Below, one piece after another: positions 10,582 to 18,558 of a stretch of 64,000 bases of DNA. The position numbers and the translations under genes were made by a program. Numbering within the stretch: position 1 is the first letter of the stretch; every line of letters begins with the position of its first letter. Under the pieces are notes generated by a model, which saw only the letters and a program-made list of their open reading frames with translations, was not told the DNA's origin and did not search any database. Origin of the DNA: Oscillospiraceae bacterium (GTDB taxonomy: Bacteria; Bacillota; Clostridia; UBA1381; UBA9506). The stretch lies in contig SVKE01000001.1 of assembly GCA_015068615.1 (NCBI GenBank), positions 42,679 through 106,678 on the forward strand, read 5' to 3'.

Positions 10582-11088
10582 TTAGCGGGAGAGGGAAAAA
10601 TCCTCCGGTGCAAAGGAGAGAACCAGTCCTAAAGCAGCAAAGGCAATTCCCGCATGCAGGTCCGAAAGAGGTGCAGGAATGCTGACGGGGAACTCCTGTG
10701 GCTCCAGCAGCTTTCCCTTTAGGGTAACAATAGAGCGCTGCAGGCAGCAGGAAAAGGCGGTTTTTCCTTCCTCGGCGCGGATGCTCGAGGCAGTCACCGT
10801 GGCTAGAGGGTTGAGACCGTAGGTGATGAGCAGAGACTTTTTGTTGACCTCCTCCGTTATTTTTTCATCTGTGTTTAAAATGGTCATATAATCAGCGCGA
10901 CAGCCCTTTGCGTAGCCGGGGACAGCGGCCAGTGCAATATCACAGCATTTTGCATCCGGCGGCAGGAAAATATAATCGCAATCCGTGCAGGCAAGGCTCT
11001 CTGAAAAACCGATTTTCTTTTGAGATAAGCCGGCTTTTATGAGAGAGGAAATGGTATTGCCACGCTCCTTAATTGATAGGGTAACCAT
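10582..11088 (-). CDS. hypothetical protein resembling a Mur-ligase central domain with a degenerate P-loop
   Basis: The ORF track starts at 11175. I prefer the ATG at 11088, which has GGGAG 7 nt upstream. The 168-aa product aligns by eye to the central domain of the MurE encoded in this window (see findings). Confidence 0.45.
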   Translation of the reverse strand: MVTLSIKERGNTISSLIKAGLSQKKIGFSESLACTDCDYIFLPPDAKCCDIALAAVPGYAKGCRADYMTILNTDEKITEEVNKKSLLITYGLNPLATVTASSIRAEEGKTAFSCCLQRSIVTLKGKLLEPQEFPVSIPAPLSDLHAGIAFAALGLVLSFAPEDFSLSR

Positions 11089-11228
11089 GCAAACACTCCC
11101 GATTGTTTTTCTGATTATTATTTTGACTGAGAAATGATTTTTTATGCGAAAACAGACATAATCTGAGATTTTCATGAATACATTGAATCAGGAACTTAGA
11201 ATGCTAGCTGCTATAAGGAGGACATTCA

Positions 11229-12773
11229 ATGAATGTGGATTTTCAAAGAGAAAGCATACATGTAAGCGAAATGCGCGCTCCGCAGACGCTGACCCTTTTG
11301 GTTGAGGGAGATGTGATTGTACCCGACGTGAAGCCGGATATAAAGGAAGTGCTTCTGACCGAAGCGAATGCTGTGATTACCGGTAGGGAGCATGGAGACG
11401 GAAAGCTGCTGGTGACGGGTGCGTCTAATGTGAAGATTCTATATATGCCGGAGGGTGCAGTGCAGCCAAAATGCATAGAGACAAGACTTGATTTTAAGGA
11501 CAGCTTTGAGCTGTATGAGGAGGGTACAACAGTTGCTGTTTCGGCGCATACAGAGCATGTGGAATTTTCGCTGATTAATTCCCGCAAGCTGCATGTAAAG
11601 GTTGTGGTCAGCCTCACCGCCAAAAGCTATATCGGGCGCGATATCAGCTACCTAAAAGATGCAGAGGAGGGGACGGGTCTTAAGGTGCGTAAGCGCTTTA
11701 TGAGCGCGTACCGTGCGCTGGCAGACACCAGCCGAGAAATCTTAATCAGCGAGGGTTTGGAAATTCCGGGTGCCAAGCCGGACATAGAGGAGATGATTAA
11801 GCTGGAGGTGCATGCCCGCAAGGACGAATGCAAGGTGATGTCCGGCAAAATCCTCCTAAAGGGTGCTGTGGCCGTGCACGCTTTGTATCTGGGTGCGGAT
11901 GAGGAGGCCGGCGTTGAGCGCATGGAGTATGAGCTGCCCTTTAGTGAGATGGTGGATGTAGACGGCCTGGAGGATGATTGCCTGTGTCACGTTCGCTATC
12001 AGGTAAAGGATGTGTATTACAGCGTGAAGGAGGACGTAAACGGCGATTTGCGACTGATTGCCCTGGATGTGGTGCTCACCACGGAAATTTTGGCGGGCAA
12101 AACCGAGGAATTTGAGGTGATTGACGACTGTTACAGCACCGAGGGAGCAGTGGAAATTACCCGTGAACGGGTTCATCTGGATGAGCTCCTAGGCGAGGGC
12201 GTAAGCTATGAAAATATAAAGGAAATTATCCCTGTTACCGATGCTGTGCTGCCGGTTAATGTTGTGTATACCTTAAGCTGCAGGCCCTTGGTGAAGGAGC
12301 TGCAAATTGTCGGTGAGCAGCTGACGGTGAAGGGTAAGCTGGTAACCTTTGTTCTGTATGGCAGCGGTGGGGGCGAGCAGAGCATGTATAGCTTGGTACA
12401 CGAGTCGGATTTTGAGCACATCATTCCCGTAGACGGCCTGACGGATACGGCTCTTTGCGAGTGCAATGTCTCAGATAGTGCCGTGAGCTTCAGCATTAAC
12501 GCGGCCGGCGAAATTGAGCTGCGTACCATGCTGGAATTCTACATGCGTGCCTTAAGACGCACCGAGCCGGAGCTGATGACCGGCTGTGAGCTGCGTGAGG
12601 AGGAGGCAGAAAAGCTTGCCGGTAGTCTGGTTATTTACTTTGCAAGGGCAGAGGATACGCTGTGGGATGTGGCAAAACGGTACCGGATTGATAGGGAAAA
12701 AATTAAGCTCCTGAATCAAATCACCGAGGAGCGGCTTTCGGCAGGTCAGAAAATTTTAATCCCCGCCAGATAG
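11229..12773 (+). CDS. SpoVID/SipL-like spore morphogenetic protein (repeated SPOCS/DUF3794-like modules + C-terminal LysM)
   Basis: 514 aa. Repeated motifs VPDVKPDIKEVL and IPGAKPDIEEMI, each followed by a G-K-L/I-L-V/L-x-G strand. The C-terminal 45 aa (YFARAEDTLWDVAKRYRIDREKIKLLNQI..LSAGQKILIP) form a LysM domain. Confidence 0.65.
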   Translation: MNVDFQRESIHVSEMRAPQTLTLLVEGDVIVPDVKPDIKEVLLTEANAVITGREHGDGKLLVTGASNVKILYMPEGAVQPKCIETRLDFKDSFELYEEGTTVAVSAHTEHVEFSLINSRKLHVKVVVSLTAKSYIGRDISYLKDAEEGTGLKVRKRFMSAYRALADTSREILISEGLEIPGAKPDIEEMIKLEVHARKDECKVMSGKILLKGAVAVHALYLGADEEAGVERMEYELPFSEMVDVDGLEDDCLCHVRYQVKDVYYSVKEDVNGDLRLIALDVVLTTEILAGKTEEFEVIDDCYSTEGAVEITRERVHLDELLGEGVSYENIKEIIPVTDAVLPVNVVYTLSCRPLVKELQIVGEQLTVKGKLVTFVLYGSGGGEQSMYSLVHESDFEHIIPVDGLTDTALCECNVSDSAVSFSINAAGEIELRTMLEFYMRALRRTEPELMTGCELREEEAEKLAGSLVIYFARAEDTLWDVAKRYRIDREKIKLLNQITEERLSAGQKILIPAR

Positions 12774-12781
12774 AAAGAGTC

Positions 12782-12809
12782 ACAATGTCATTGCCTTTTA
12801 CATATTATA
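12782..12809 (+). promoter_or_regulatory. possible sigmaK-type promoter (AC-N17-CATATTATA)
   Basis: AC at 12782-12783, 17-nt spacer, CATATTATA at 12801-12809, about 50 nt upstream of the Cys-rich ORF. This is a low-information motif in AT-rich DNA. Confidence 0.25.
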
Positions 12810-12857
12810 TTGTATAGGTTGAAAAGAATAACTTGATAATAAAGTAGGAGGTATAAT

Positions 12858-13703
12858 ATGAACGAAAAACTACATGGCGGAGCATATCCGGGCGGCTGCG
12901 GTGATGTTAAGGACGCAGTCTGCATACATACCGATAAAATTTATGATTCCTGCAAGGATAAGGACTGCATCGAGGATGCGCGGGTGTATTTTACTGCTGC
13001 AGGACAGGAAATTATTGATAAAGCGGTTAACGTAAAATGCAGAAAGTCAGAGATCATCTGGGTTTTCACCGACGTAGAGCCGGTACCGTTTAACAGGGGT
13101 TATTTTACGGTTGACTTAAAATTCTTTTTCCGTATCACTCTAGACGTCTTTACAGGCGTTGGCAAGCCCTGCAAGGTAGAGGGTCTTGCAAGCTTTGATA
13201 AGAAGGTCATCCTGTTCGGCTCGGAAGGGTCTGCCAAGGTGTTTGAATCCCGGTATCGGTATGACAGCTTTGATGAGCAGCTCTGGCAGAAAACCAATAT
13301 GCCGAAGGCAGTGGTTGAGGTGGTTGATCCTCTTTGCCTCGCAGCAAGGGTTGTGGATATAAACGACAAGCTGTGCAGCTGTTGTGAGGAGTTGGATTTT
13401 TCAAGTGTTCCGCAGTGTGTCTGCAATGTGTTTGAGGATGCACTGGTCCTGGGTGGCGAGAACAAGCGTGTCTTTGTGTCAATCGGTCTTTTCTCCATTG
13501 TCAAGATTGAAAGAAGCGTGCAGCTCTTAATACCCGCATATGATTTCTGCGTGCCGCAGAAGGAATGCGTGGCCTCCAGCGAGGATAGCCCCTGCGACCT
13601 GTTTGAAAAAATTGAGTTCCCCTTTGACGAATTTTTCCCGCCTGAGCGTGATGACTGCAAATTTGACGCGCCGATAGACCTGCGGAACGGCTGCTGTAAT
13701 TAG
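12858..13703 (+). CDS. cysteine-rich hypothetical protein (candidate spore coat/exosporium component)
   Basis: 281 aa with about 20 Cys, including CKDKDC, CSCC, CVC and a terminal CCN. No signal peptide or TM segment. Strong SD GTAGGAGG 7 nt upstream. Lies directly downstream of the SPOCS-LysM gene. Confidence 0.6.
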   Translation: MNEKLHGGAYPGGCGDVKDAVCIHTDKIYDSCKDKDCIEDARVYFTAAGQEIIDKAVNVKCRKSEIIWVFTDVEPVPFNRGYFTVDLKFFFRITLDVFTGVGKPCKVEGLASFDKKVILFGSEGSAKVFESRYRYDSFDEQLWQKTNMPKAVVEVVDPLCLAARVVDINDKLCSCCEELDFSSVPQCVCNVFEDALVLGGENKRVFVSIGLFSIVKIERSVQLLIPAYDFCVPQKECVASSEDSPCDLFEKIEFPFDEFFPPERDDCKFDAPIDLRNGCCN

Positions 13704-13717
13704 CTGTATCAAGGGGC

Positions 13718-13777
13718 TGCGCTATTTAGCGTCCATCCCTTAAAAGGGGCTGTAGCAAAATGCTACAGCCCCTTTTT
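13718..13777. repeat. dispersed ~58-bp intergenic repeat, copy A (contains a bidirectional terminator hairpin)
   Basis: CTGCGCTATTTAGCGTCCATCCCTTAAAAGGGGCTGTAGCAAAATGCTACAGCCCCTTTT. About 90% identical to 58179-58237. The 11-bp stem GGGGCTGTAGC/GCTACAGCCCC is flanked by A4 and T5. It sits between two convergent genes. Confidence 0.8.
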
Positions 13778-13802
13778 CGTTGTATGATGTTTTATATGTG
13801 AT

Positions 13803-14933
13803 TTAGAATTTTTCCTTCATCCATACCGGGATATCAATGCCGTTTTTGTCCGGGCCGGAAGCGTCCTCCTTGGACTTGGCGATAAAACCCGGCGTGCCGT
13901 TTCCGGCTGCACCGGCAGCGGAACCACCAGTAAAGACGGGATTAGTAAAAAAACCTGCGCCTCTGTCTCTGCCCGGGCCTTCAAAGCCGGTGGCGATAAC
14001 CGTGATGATGATTTCATCCTGAAGGCTTTCATCAAGCGCAGCACCGAAGATGATGTTTGCATTGGGATCGGCAGCCTCTGTGACCAGCTCTGCTGCGCTG
14101 TTGATTTCAAACAATCCCAGATCAGAGCCGCCTGTGATGTTGATTAAGATACCTCTTGCGCCGTCGATAGAGGTCTCCAGCAGCGGGCTCTGGATGGCCT
14201 GACGAACCGCATCCTCTGCACGCTTTTCTCCGGTGGCACGGCCTACGCCCATGTGTGCAACGCCGGTGTTCTTCATAATTTTAACCACATCGGCAAAGTC
14301 AAGATTTATGTAACCAGGGCCGGAGATTAAATCCGAAATACCCTGAACGCCCTGGCGGAGCACATCATCTGCCATTTTAAAGGCATCCACCAAGGTGGTG
14401 TGCTGGTTAGAAATCTGCAGCAATCTGTCGTTGGGAATGGTCACCAGCGCATCCACGGCATTTTTCAGCTCAACAATGCCTTCTTCTGCCCGTGCCATTC
14501 TCTGACGACCTTCAAAGGCAAAGGGTTTGGTTACAATACCAACGGTTAAAATACCCATTTCTCTTGCGATAGAAGCAACCAAAGGTGCAGCACCGGTTCC
14601 TGTGCCGCCACCCATACCGGCGGTGACAAAAACCATATCGCTGCCGGCAATGGCCTGTGCCACTTCCTCGCGACTTTCCTCAGCGGCCTTTTGACCAACC
14701 TCGGGGTCTGCACCGGCGCCCAAGCCCTTTGTGAGCTTTTCGCCAATCTGGATTTTCAGCGGAGCCTGTGACATGGCCAAGGCACGTTTATCTGTATTTA
14801 CTGCTATGAAGTCTACGTTTTTCAGGCCGAAGTCAATCATTCTGTTAACGGCGTTATTGCCGCCTCCGCCTACGCCGATAACCTTAATCTGCTCGACGCG
14901 GTTGTTCCTTAAATCGTTATCGAATCCTATCAC
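13803..14933 (-). CDS. ftsZ: cell division GTPase FtsZ
   Basis: 376 aa. Tubulin signature [13 protein letters not shown] and [10 protein letters not shown], plus a conserved C-terminal peptide (DIPVWMK). Confidence 0.97.
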   Translation of the reverse strand: MIGFDNDLRNNRVEQIKVIGVGGGGNNAVNRMIDFGLKNVDFIAVNTDKRALAMSQAPLKIQIGEKLTKGLGAGADPEVGQKAAEESREEVAQAIAGSDMVFVTAGMGGGTGTGAAPLVASIAREMGILTVGIVTKPFAFEGRQRMARAEEGIVELKNAVDALVTIPNDRLLQISNQHTTLVDAFKMADDVLRQGVQGISDLISGPGYINLDFADVVKIMKNTGVAHMGVGRATGEKRAEDAVRQAIQSPLLETSIDGARGILINITGGSDLGLFEINSAAELVTEAADPNANIIFGAALDESLQDEIIITVIATGFEGPGRDRGAGFFTNPVFTGGSAAGAAGNGTPGFIAKSKEDASGPDKNGIDIPVWMKEKF

Positions 14934-15133
14934 CTGTATTTCCTCCTCTTTGGTCTTTCTTGCTGACCAGCATATATTTTCTCATATGTATGTTTTAAAC
15001 GAAATAACATCACACCGGGGCAATAAACACATCGTAATGACATCCGTTAGGATTTCAAACCAATACTGTGTTTATTATACCAACACTATGTTTATTATAT
15101 CATATTATAATACAATTACACAAGTATAATTTT

Positions 15134-15493
15134 TCAATTACAAAACTTTTTTTTCAATTTTGTAACAATTAACGCCAAATAGTGCCTTCTTATCGTAGAA
15201 AAGTTACTAAAAAGACGGGTTCCAAACACAATTAAAGCCACTAAGTATAAATCCACGTCAAGCTTTCTGCCAATCAAGGTCAGCAGCGCGGCTAAAAGAC
15301 CATTTCCCACGAAGCCGGAGATGAAGGTGTTTAAATCAAAGCTTTTGCGGGTAGAGGCGGCAGCTGCGCCAAAGACAGAGTCCAAAAGCGCCAGAATAAT
15401 AATGGCCACATAGGAAGAATAAGCCGAGGGGATGTGATAGGGAAAAACAAGTCCAAAAACAATCCCGGTTAACGCACAAGCAAGAACAATCAT
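15134..15493 (-). CDS. sbp: small basic protein Sbp (DUF1290 membrane protein)
   Basis: 119 aa with 3-4 TM segments. It occupies the same position as B. subtilis sbp (after the DUF881 gene, before ftsZ). Its start overlaps the upstream stop by 4 nt. Confidence 0.65.
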   Translation of the reverse strand: MIVLACALTGIVFGLVFPYHIPSAYSSYVAIIILALLDSVFGAAAASTRKSFDLNTFISGFVGNGLLAALLTLIGRKLDVDLYLVALIVFGTRLFSNFSTIRRHYLALIVTKLKKKFCN

Positions 15494-16242
15494 TCGGCAG
15501 CCCCCTCCTGTGTAGCTTCAATGGCAGTGGCACTGGAGAAATTCACGGTGCCGCTATATTTGGGGATGACCAGCTTATTGTTTTTTGTGATGGATATAGT
15601 AAAGCCCCAAACCTTCATGTTGTCAATCACGCCGCCGTTTAGGTTCATGGCAGCAGAAAGCTGATCCGCATTGCCGATGGCCTTGATGATGTAGGGCGGT
15701 GCCATCTTTGTATCGTTGACCAAAATGGTGGGGCCCACGCAGCGGACAGCACTGGTGCTGATGATGCGGCTGTCATTAACGCAAATGGCTTCAGCCCCTG
15801 CAGCACACAGCTCGTTGATAATGCGACGGATATCCTCGTCGTGAATCAGCGTCTCATTAGCCGAAAGGATGGTGTTTGCGGCCTTGCGGTTACCCATGTC
15901 GCTCAGGCTGATGGTGATGCCCGGCCCTTGTACATCCACAAAGCCGGCCATCAGCTCGGCACGCTTTAGCTGTTCGGATAAAAATTTTGAATATCCGCTG
16001 TGCTGCTCAGCATCCTTGCGGTATTGTGCAATGTCGTTTCTGTATGCATCCAGTTGCTTTTCCAAATCCTCGGTTTTTTCCCGTTCCTTTTTTAAATCGC
16101 CCAACAGCTCGTCCACCCGGAGATTTTGCTGGCTCTCCGTTGCATTGTTCACCGTGACGCTCTTGACCTGAATGGCAATCAAAAAGGCAAGCACCAACAC
16201 TACAATGCCGATAGACAACTGCGTTTTATGGTTTTTAATCAC
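15490..16242 (-). CDS. DUF881 (YlxW/YlxX-like) division-cluster protein
   Basis: 250 aa with an N-terminal TM segment, a coiled-coil and a conserved C-terminal domain. Its position between ftsQ and sbp mirrors Bacillus ylxW/ylxX. Confidence 0.65.
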   Translation of the reverse strand: MIKNHKTQLSIGIVVLVLAFLIAIQVKSVTVNNATESQQNLRVDELLGDLKKEREKTEDLEKQLDAYRNDIAQYRKDAEQHSGYSKFLSEQLKRAELMAGFVDVQGPGITISLSDMGNRKAANTILSANETLIHDEDIRRIINELCAAGAEAICVNDSRIISTSAVRCVGPTILVNDTKMAPPYIIKAIGNADQLSAAMNLNGGVIDNMKVWGFTISITKNNKLVIPKYSGTVNFSSATAIEATQEGAAE

Positions 16243-16259
16243 TGGCGTTAATCCCTTCG

Positions 16260-17186
16260 TTAAGTGTTATCATCAGCACCCTCCTCCGGGGCAGGGTTTC
16301 TGCCTTCTGCCTCGGTGCTTTCCTCTGAGGTGGGCTCTCCGCCTTCTTCGCCGGAGCCTTCCTCTAAGGGGGGCTCTTCGCCTTCTTCGCCGAGGTTTTC
16401 CTCCGTGGGTGGGGCTTCCGTCTCTTCCTCAGGCAGCAGACCATAGAAGGCGCGTGAGGGTGTGGTTAAATCAATATAGGCGCCCTCCATCCGGTTCACC
16501 ATAGGCAGAATGTTGCTTAAAACAGACAGCTTATAATCAAACTCCGTGGTTTTGCCAAAGATGACCTTTGTGCCGTCTGTTAGGTACACATGGAAGTCCG
16601 TCAGGGTATCAAAGTGGCAGGAGCGAAGCTCGCTCAAAAGCCCCTTTTCCCTAAACTTGCTGATGATATTTATTATTATATCAAACTTAACCGTGTCTTG
16701 TACAGATATTTTTTTACAAATTTCAACTTTTTTTATTTCCAGTCCTGTCATTTTTATCAAATTAAGCTCCGAGGCATCGTCACAGATGGCCATGGCGCGG
16801 CCGTTTTCATTGGTTGTGACAAAGCCGGAGAGGTACGGAAAATACATCACCGGCGTTGTTTCGGTTACACTCAGGCGTACCTTTCCCGGCAACAGCCGAC
16901 GAATGGTGACATCCTCAATCTCCGGGATGGCCAAAATCTGCTTCCGGGTTTTACGCTTATTCAGTTTAAACAAATTGCTTTCTGTGGCAATAGAGGCTGC
17001 CTGTATAATCTGCTCGGAGGAGACGGTGCTGTTTCCCGTGACCTCTACGGCCTTAATATTGAAGAAAGGCGTGAACAGGCAAATGCTGATGATGGCGACG
17101 AGCAAGAACAGCAGGAGCAGAACACGCCTTAAGCGCTTCTTCTTTTTATTTCTTTTCTTTTGAGAGGAGGAATTGAGATTTGTCAT
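16260..17186 (-). CDS. ftsQ: cell division protein FtsQ/DivIB (POTRA) with acidic repeat tail
   Basis: 308 aa. Basic N-terminus, a single TM segment, POTRA-like IKAVEVTGNSTVSSEQI, and a low-complexity E/P/G-rich C-terminus. Confidence 0.85.
   Translation of the reverse strand: MTNLNSSSQKKRNKKKKRLRRVLLLLFLLVAIISICLFTPFFNIKAVEVTGNSTVSSEQIIQAASIATESNLFKLNKRKTRKQILAIPEIEDVTIRRLLPGKVRLSVTETTPVMYFPYLSGFVTTNENGRAMAICDDASELNLIKMTGLEIKKVEICKKISVQDTVKFDIIINIISKFREKGLLSELRSCHFDTLTDFHVYLTDGTKVIFGKTTEFDYKLSVLSNILPMVNRMEGAYIDLTTPSRAFYGLLPEEETEAPPTEENLGEEGEEPPLEEGSGEEGGEPTSEESTEAEGRNPAPEEGADDNT
16321..16437 (-). repeat. about 3 tandem copies of a 39-bp (13-codon) unit inside the ftsQ 3' end
   Basis: Units 16321-16359 and 16360-16398 match at 32/39 positions by my count, and a third, more diverged unit follows. 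They encode EETEAPPTEENLG / EEGEEPPLEEGSG / EEGGEPTSEESTE. Confidence 0.7.
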
Positions 17187-17202
17187 TTGTTTTAATTACC
17201 TT

Positions 17203-18459
17203 TCATTCTTTGCGTTGTATAACGGCTCCCAGACGTGTCAGATTTTCTTCCAGTTTCTCATAGCCGCGGTCAATATAGCAGACGTTTTCAACCTCGGTTA
17301 TACCGGTGGCGCCCAGCCCTGCAATGACCAGTGCTGCGCCACCGCGTAAATCCCGGGCAAAGACCTTCGTGCCGGAGAGAGCGGGAACGCCGGTGATGAC
17401 GGCGGTATCGTTTTCCACCGTGATGACAGCGCCCATTTTAATCAATTCGCTAACGGGCTTAAAGCGGCTTTTGAAAATCTGCTCCTGTATTTTGCCGGTA
17501 CCCTCTGTCGTACACAAAAGCGCCAGAAAGAGGGATTGGGCATCCGTGGGAAAGCCCGGATATGGCGTGGTTTTAATTAAAGCAGGTGCTCTCAGGCGTG
17601 CTGGAGCCTGCAAGCGTATGCTGTTTTCTGTTGTTTCAATTTGACATCCGCATTCGGAAAGAACCGAAAGAGCAGTTTCAATATGGGCAGGAATAACCTC
17701 GGTTAAGGTGATGCTGCCACCGGTGACGGCGCCGCAGCAAAGATAGGTAACGGCTGCGATGCGATCCGGCATAATGCGGTAGCTTGTGCCGAAGAGGCGG
17801 CGCACGCCTTCAATTTCAAGCCGCGGACTGCCGGCGCCGCGGATCTTGGCGCCCATGGCGTTTAAAAAATTGGCTAAATCTACTATCTCCGGCTCCTGAG
17901 CCACGTTTTCCACCACGGTGACGCCCTCGGAAAGACAAGAAGCCAGCATAATGTTTTCCGTGGCTCCCACGCTGGGAAAGTCAAGCGTCAGCTGCGTGGC
18001 GTGTAGCTTGTGAGCATCAATGTGCAGATAACCCTTTTGTTCCTTGATGCTGCAGCCCAGTCCCTCTAAGGCTTTAATATGTAAATCAATGGGTCTGGGG
18101 CCCAGCTCGCAGCCGCCGGGCATTGAAATTTTTGCCTTATGTTTTCTGGCTACAATCGCTCCCATAAAGATTACAGAGGAGCGCAGCTCCCGCATGAGCC
18201 GCTCCGGGATGCGGCTGCCCAGTCGGCCTCGTGCATCAATTGTGAGCGTGCTCCCGCTACGCGCGACCTTTGCGCCCAATTCCTTTAAAATCTCTATGGT
18301 TATGGCAACATCCTTAAGCTCCGGACAGTTTTCTATGATGCTGACACCATTGGAGCAAAGAACAGTTGCAGCCAAGATGGGCAAAACAGCGTTTTTTGCT
18401 CCGTGTATGGGGATGCTGCCGTGTAAGGGATGACCTCCCTCAATGACCAGCCTGCTCAT
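17203..18459 (-). CDS. murA: UDP-N-acetylglucosamine 1-carboxyvinyltransferase
   Basis: 418 aa. The N-terminus MSRLVIEGGHPLHGSIPIHGAKNAVLPILAA and the active-site loop GGCELGPRPIDLH are MurA hallmarks. Confidence 0.95.
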   Translation of the reverse strand: MSRLVIEGGHPLHGSIPIHGAKNAVLPILAATVLCSNGVSIIENCPELKDVAITIEILKELGAKVARSGSTLTIDARGRLGSRIPERLMRELRSSVIFMGAIVARKHKAKISMPGGCELGPRPIDLHIKALEGLGCSIKEQKGYLHIDAHKLHATQLTLDFPSVGATENIMLASCLSEGVTVVENVAQEPEIVDLANFLNAMGAKIRGAGSPRLEIEGVRRLFGTSYRIMPDRIAAVTYLCCGAVTGGSITLTEVIPAHIETALSVLSECGCQIETTENSIRLQAPARLRAPALIKTTPYPGFPTDAQSLFLALLCTTEGTGKIQEQIFKSRFKPVSELIKMGAVITVENDTAVITGVPALSGTKVFARDLRGGAALVIAGLGATGITEVENVCYIDRGYEKLEENLTRLGAVIQRKE

Positions 18460-18558
18460 ACATTTACACCTCCTGATAGTGCAAAGAAAAAACTTTACAA
18501 TATCATAGTATGCATGTCGCAGCAGATTGCTACTTTAAAATGTAGGATGCAGTTTCGT

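Noticed and set aside
13100-13660. 186-aa minus-strand ORF inside the Cys-rich gene
   Set aside because: The sense-strand ORF has a strong SD, spans the full gap between neighbours and shows a patterned Cys distribution. The antisense product is Ser/Thr/Arg-rich junk without start signals.
16546-17163. 205-aa (and nested 180-aa) plus-strand ORFs antisense to ftsQ
   Set aside because: They lie entirely within a well-supported minus-strand gene. The translation is low-complexity and hydrophobic or basic with no motif, SD or promoter. This is typical shadow-ORF behaviour.
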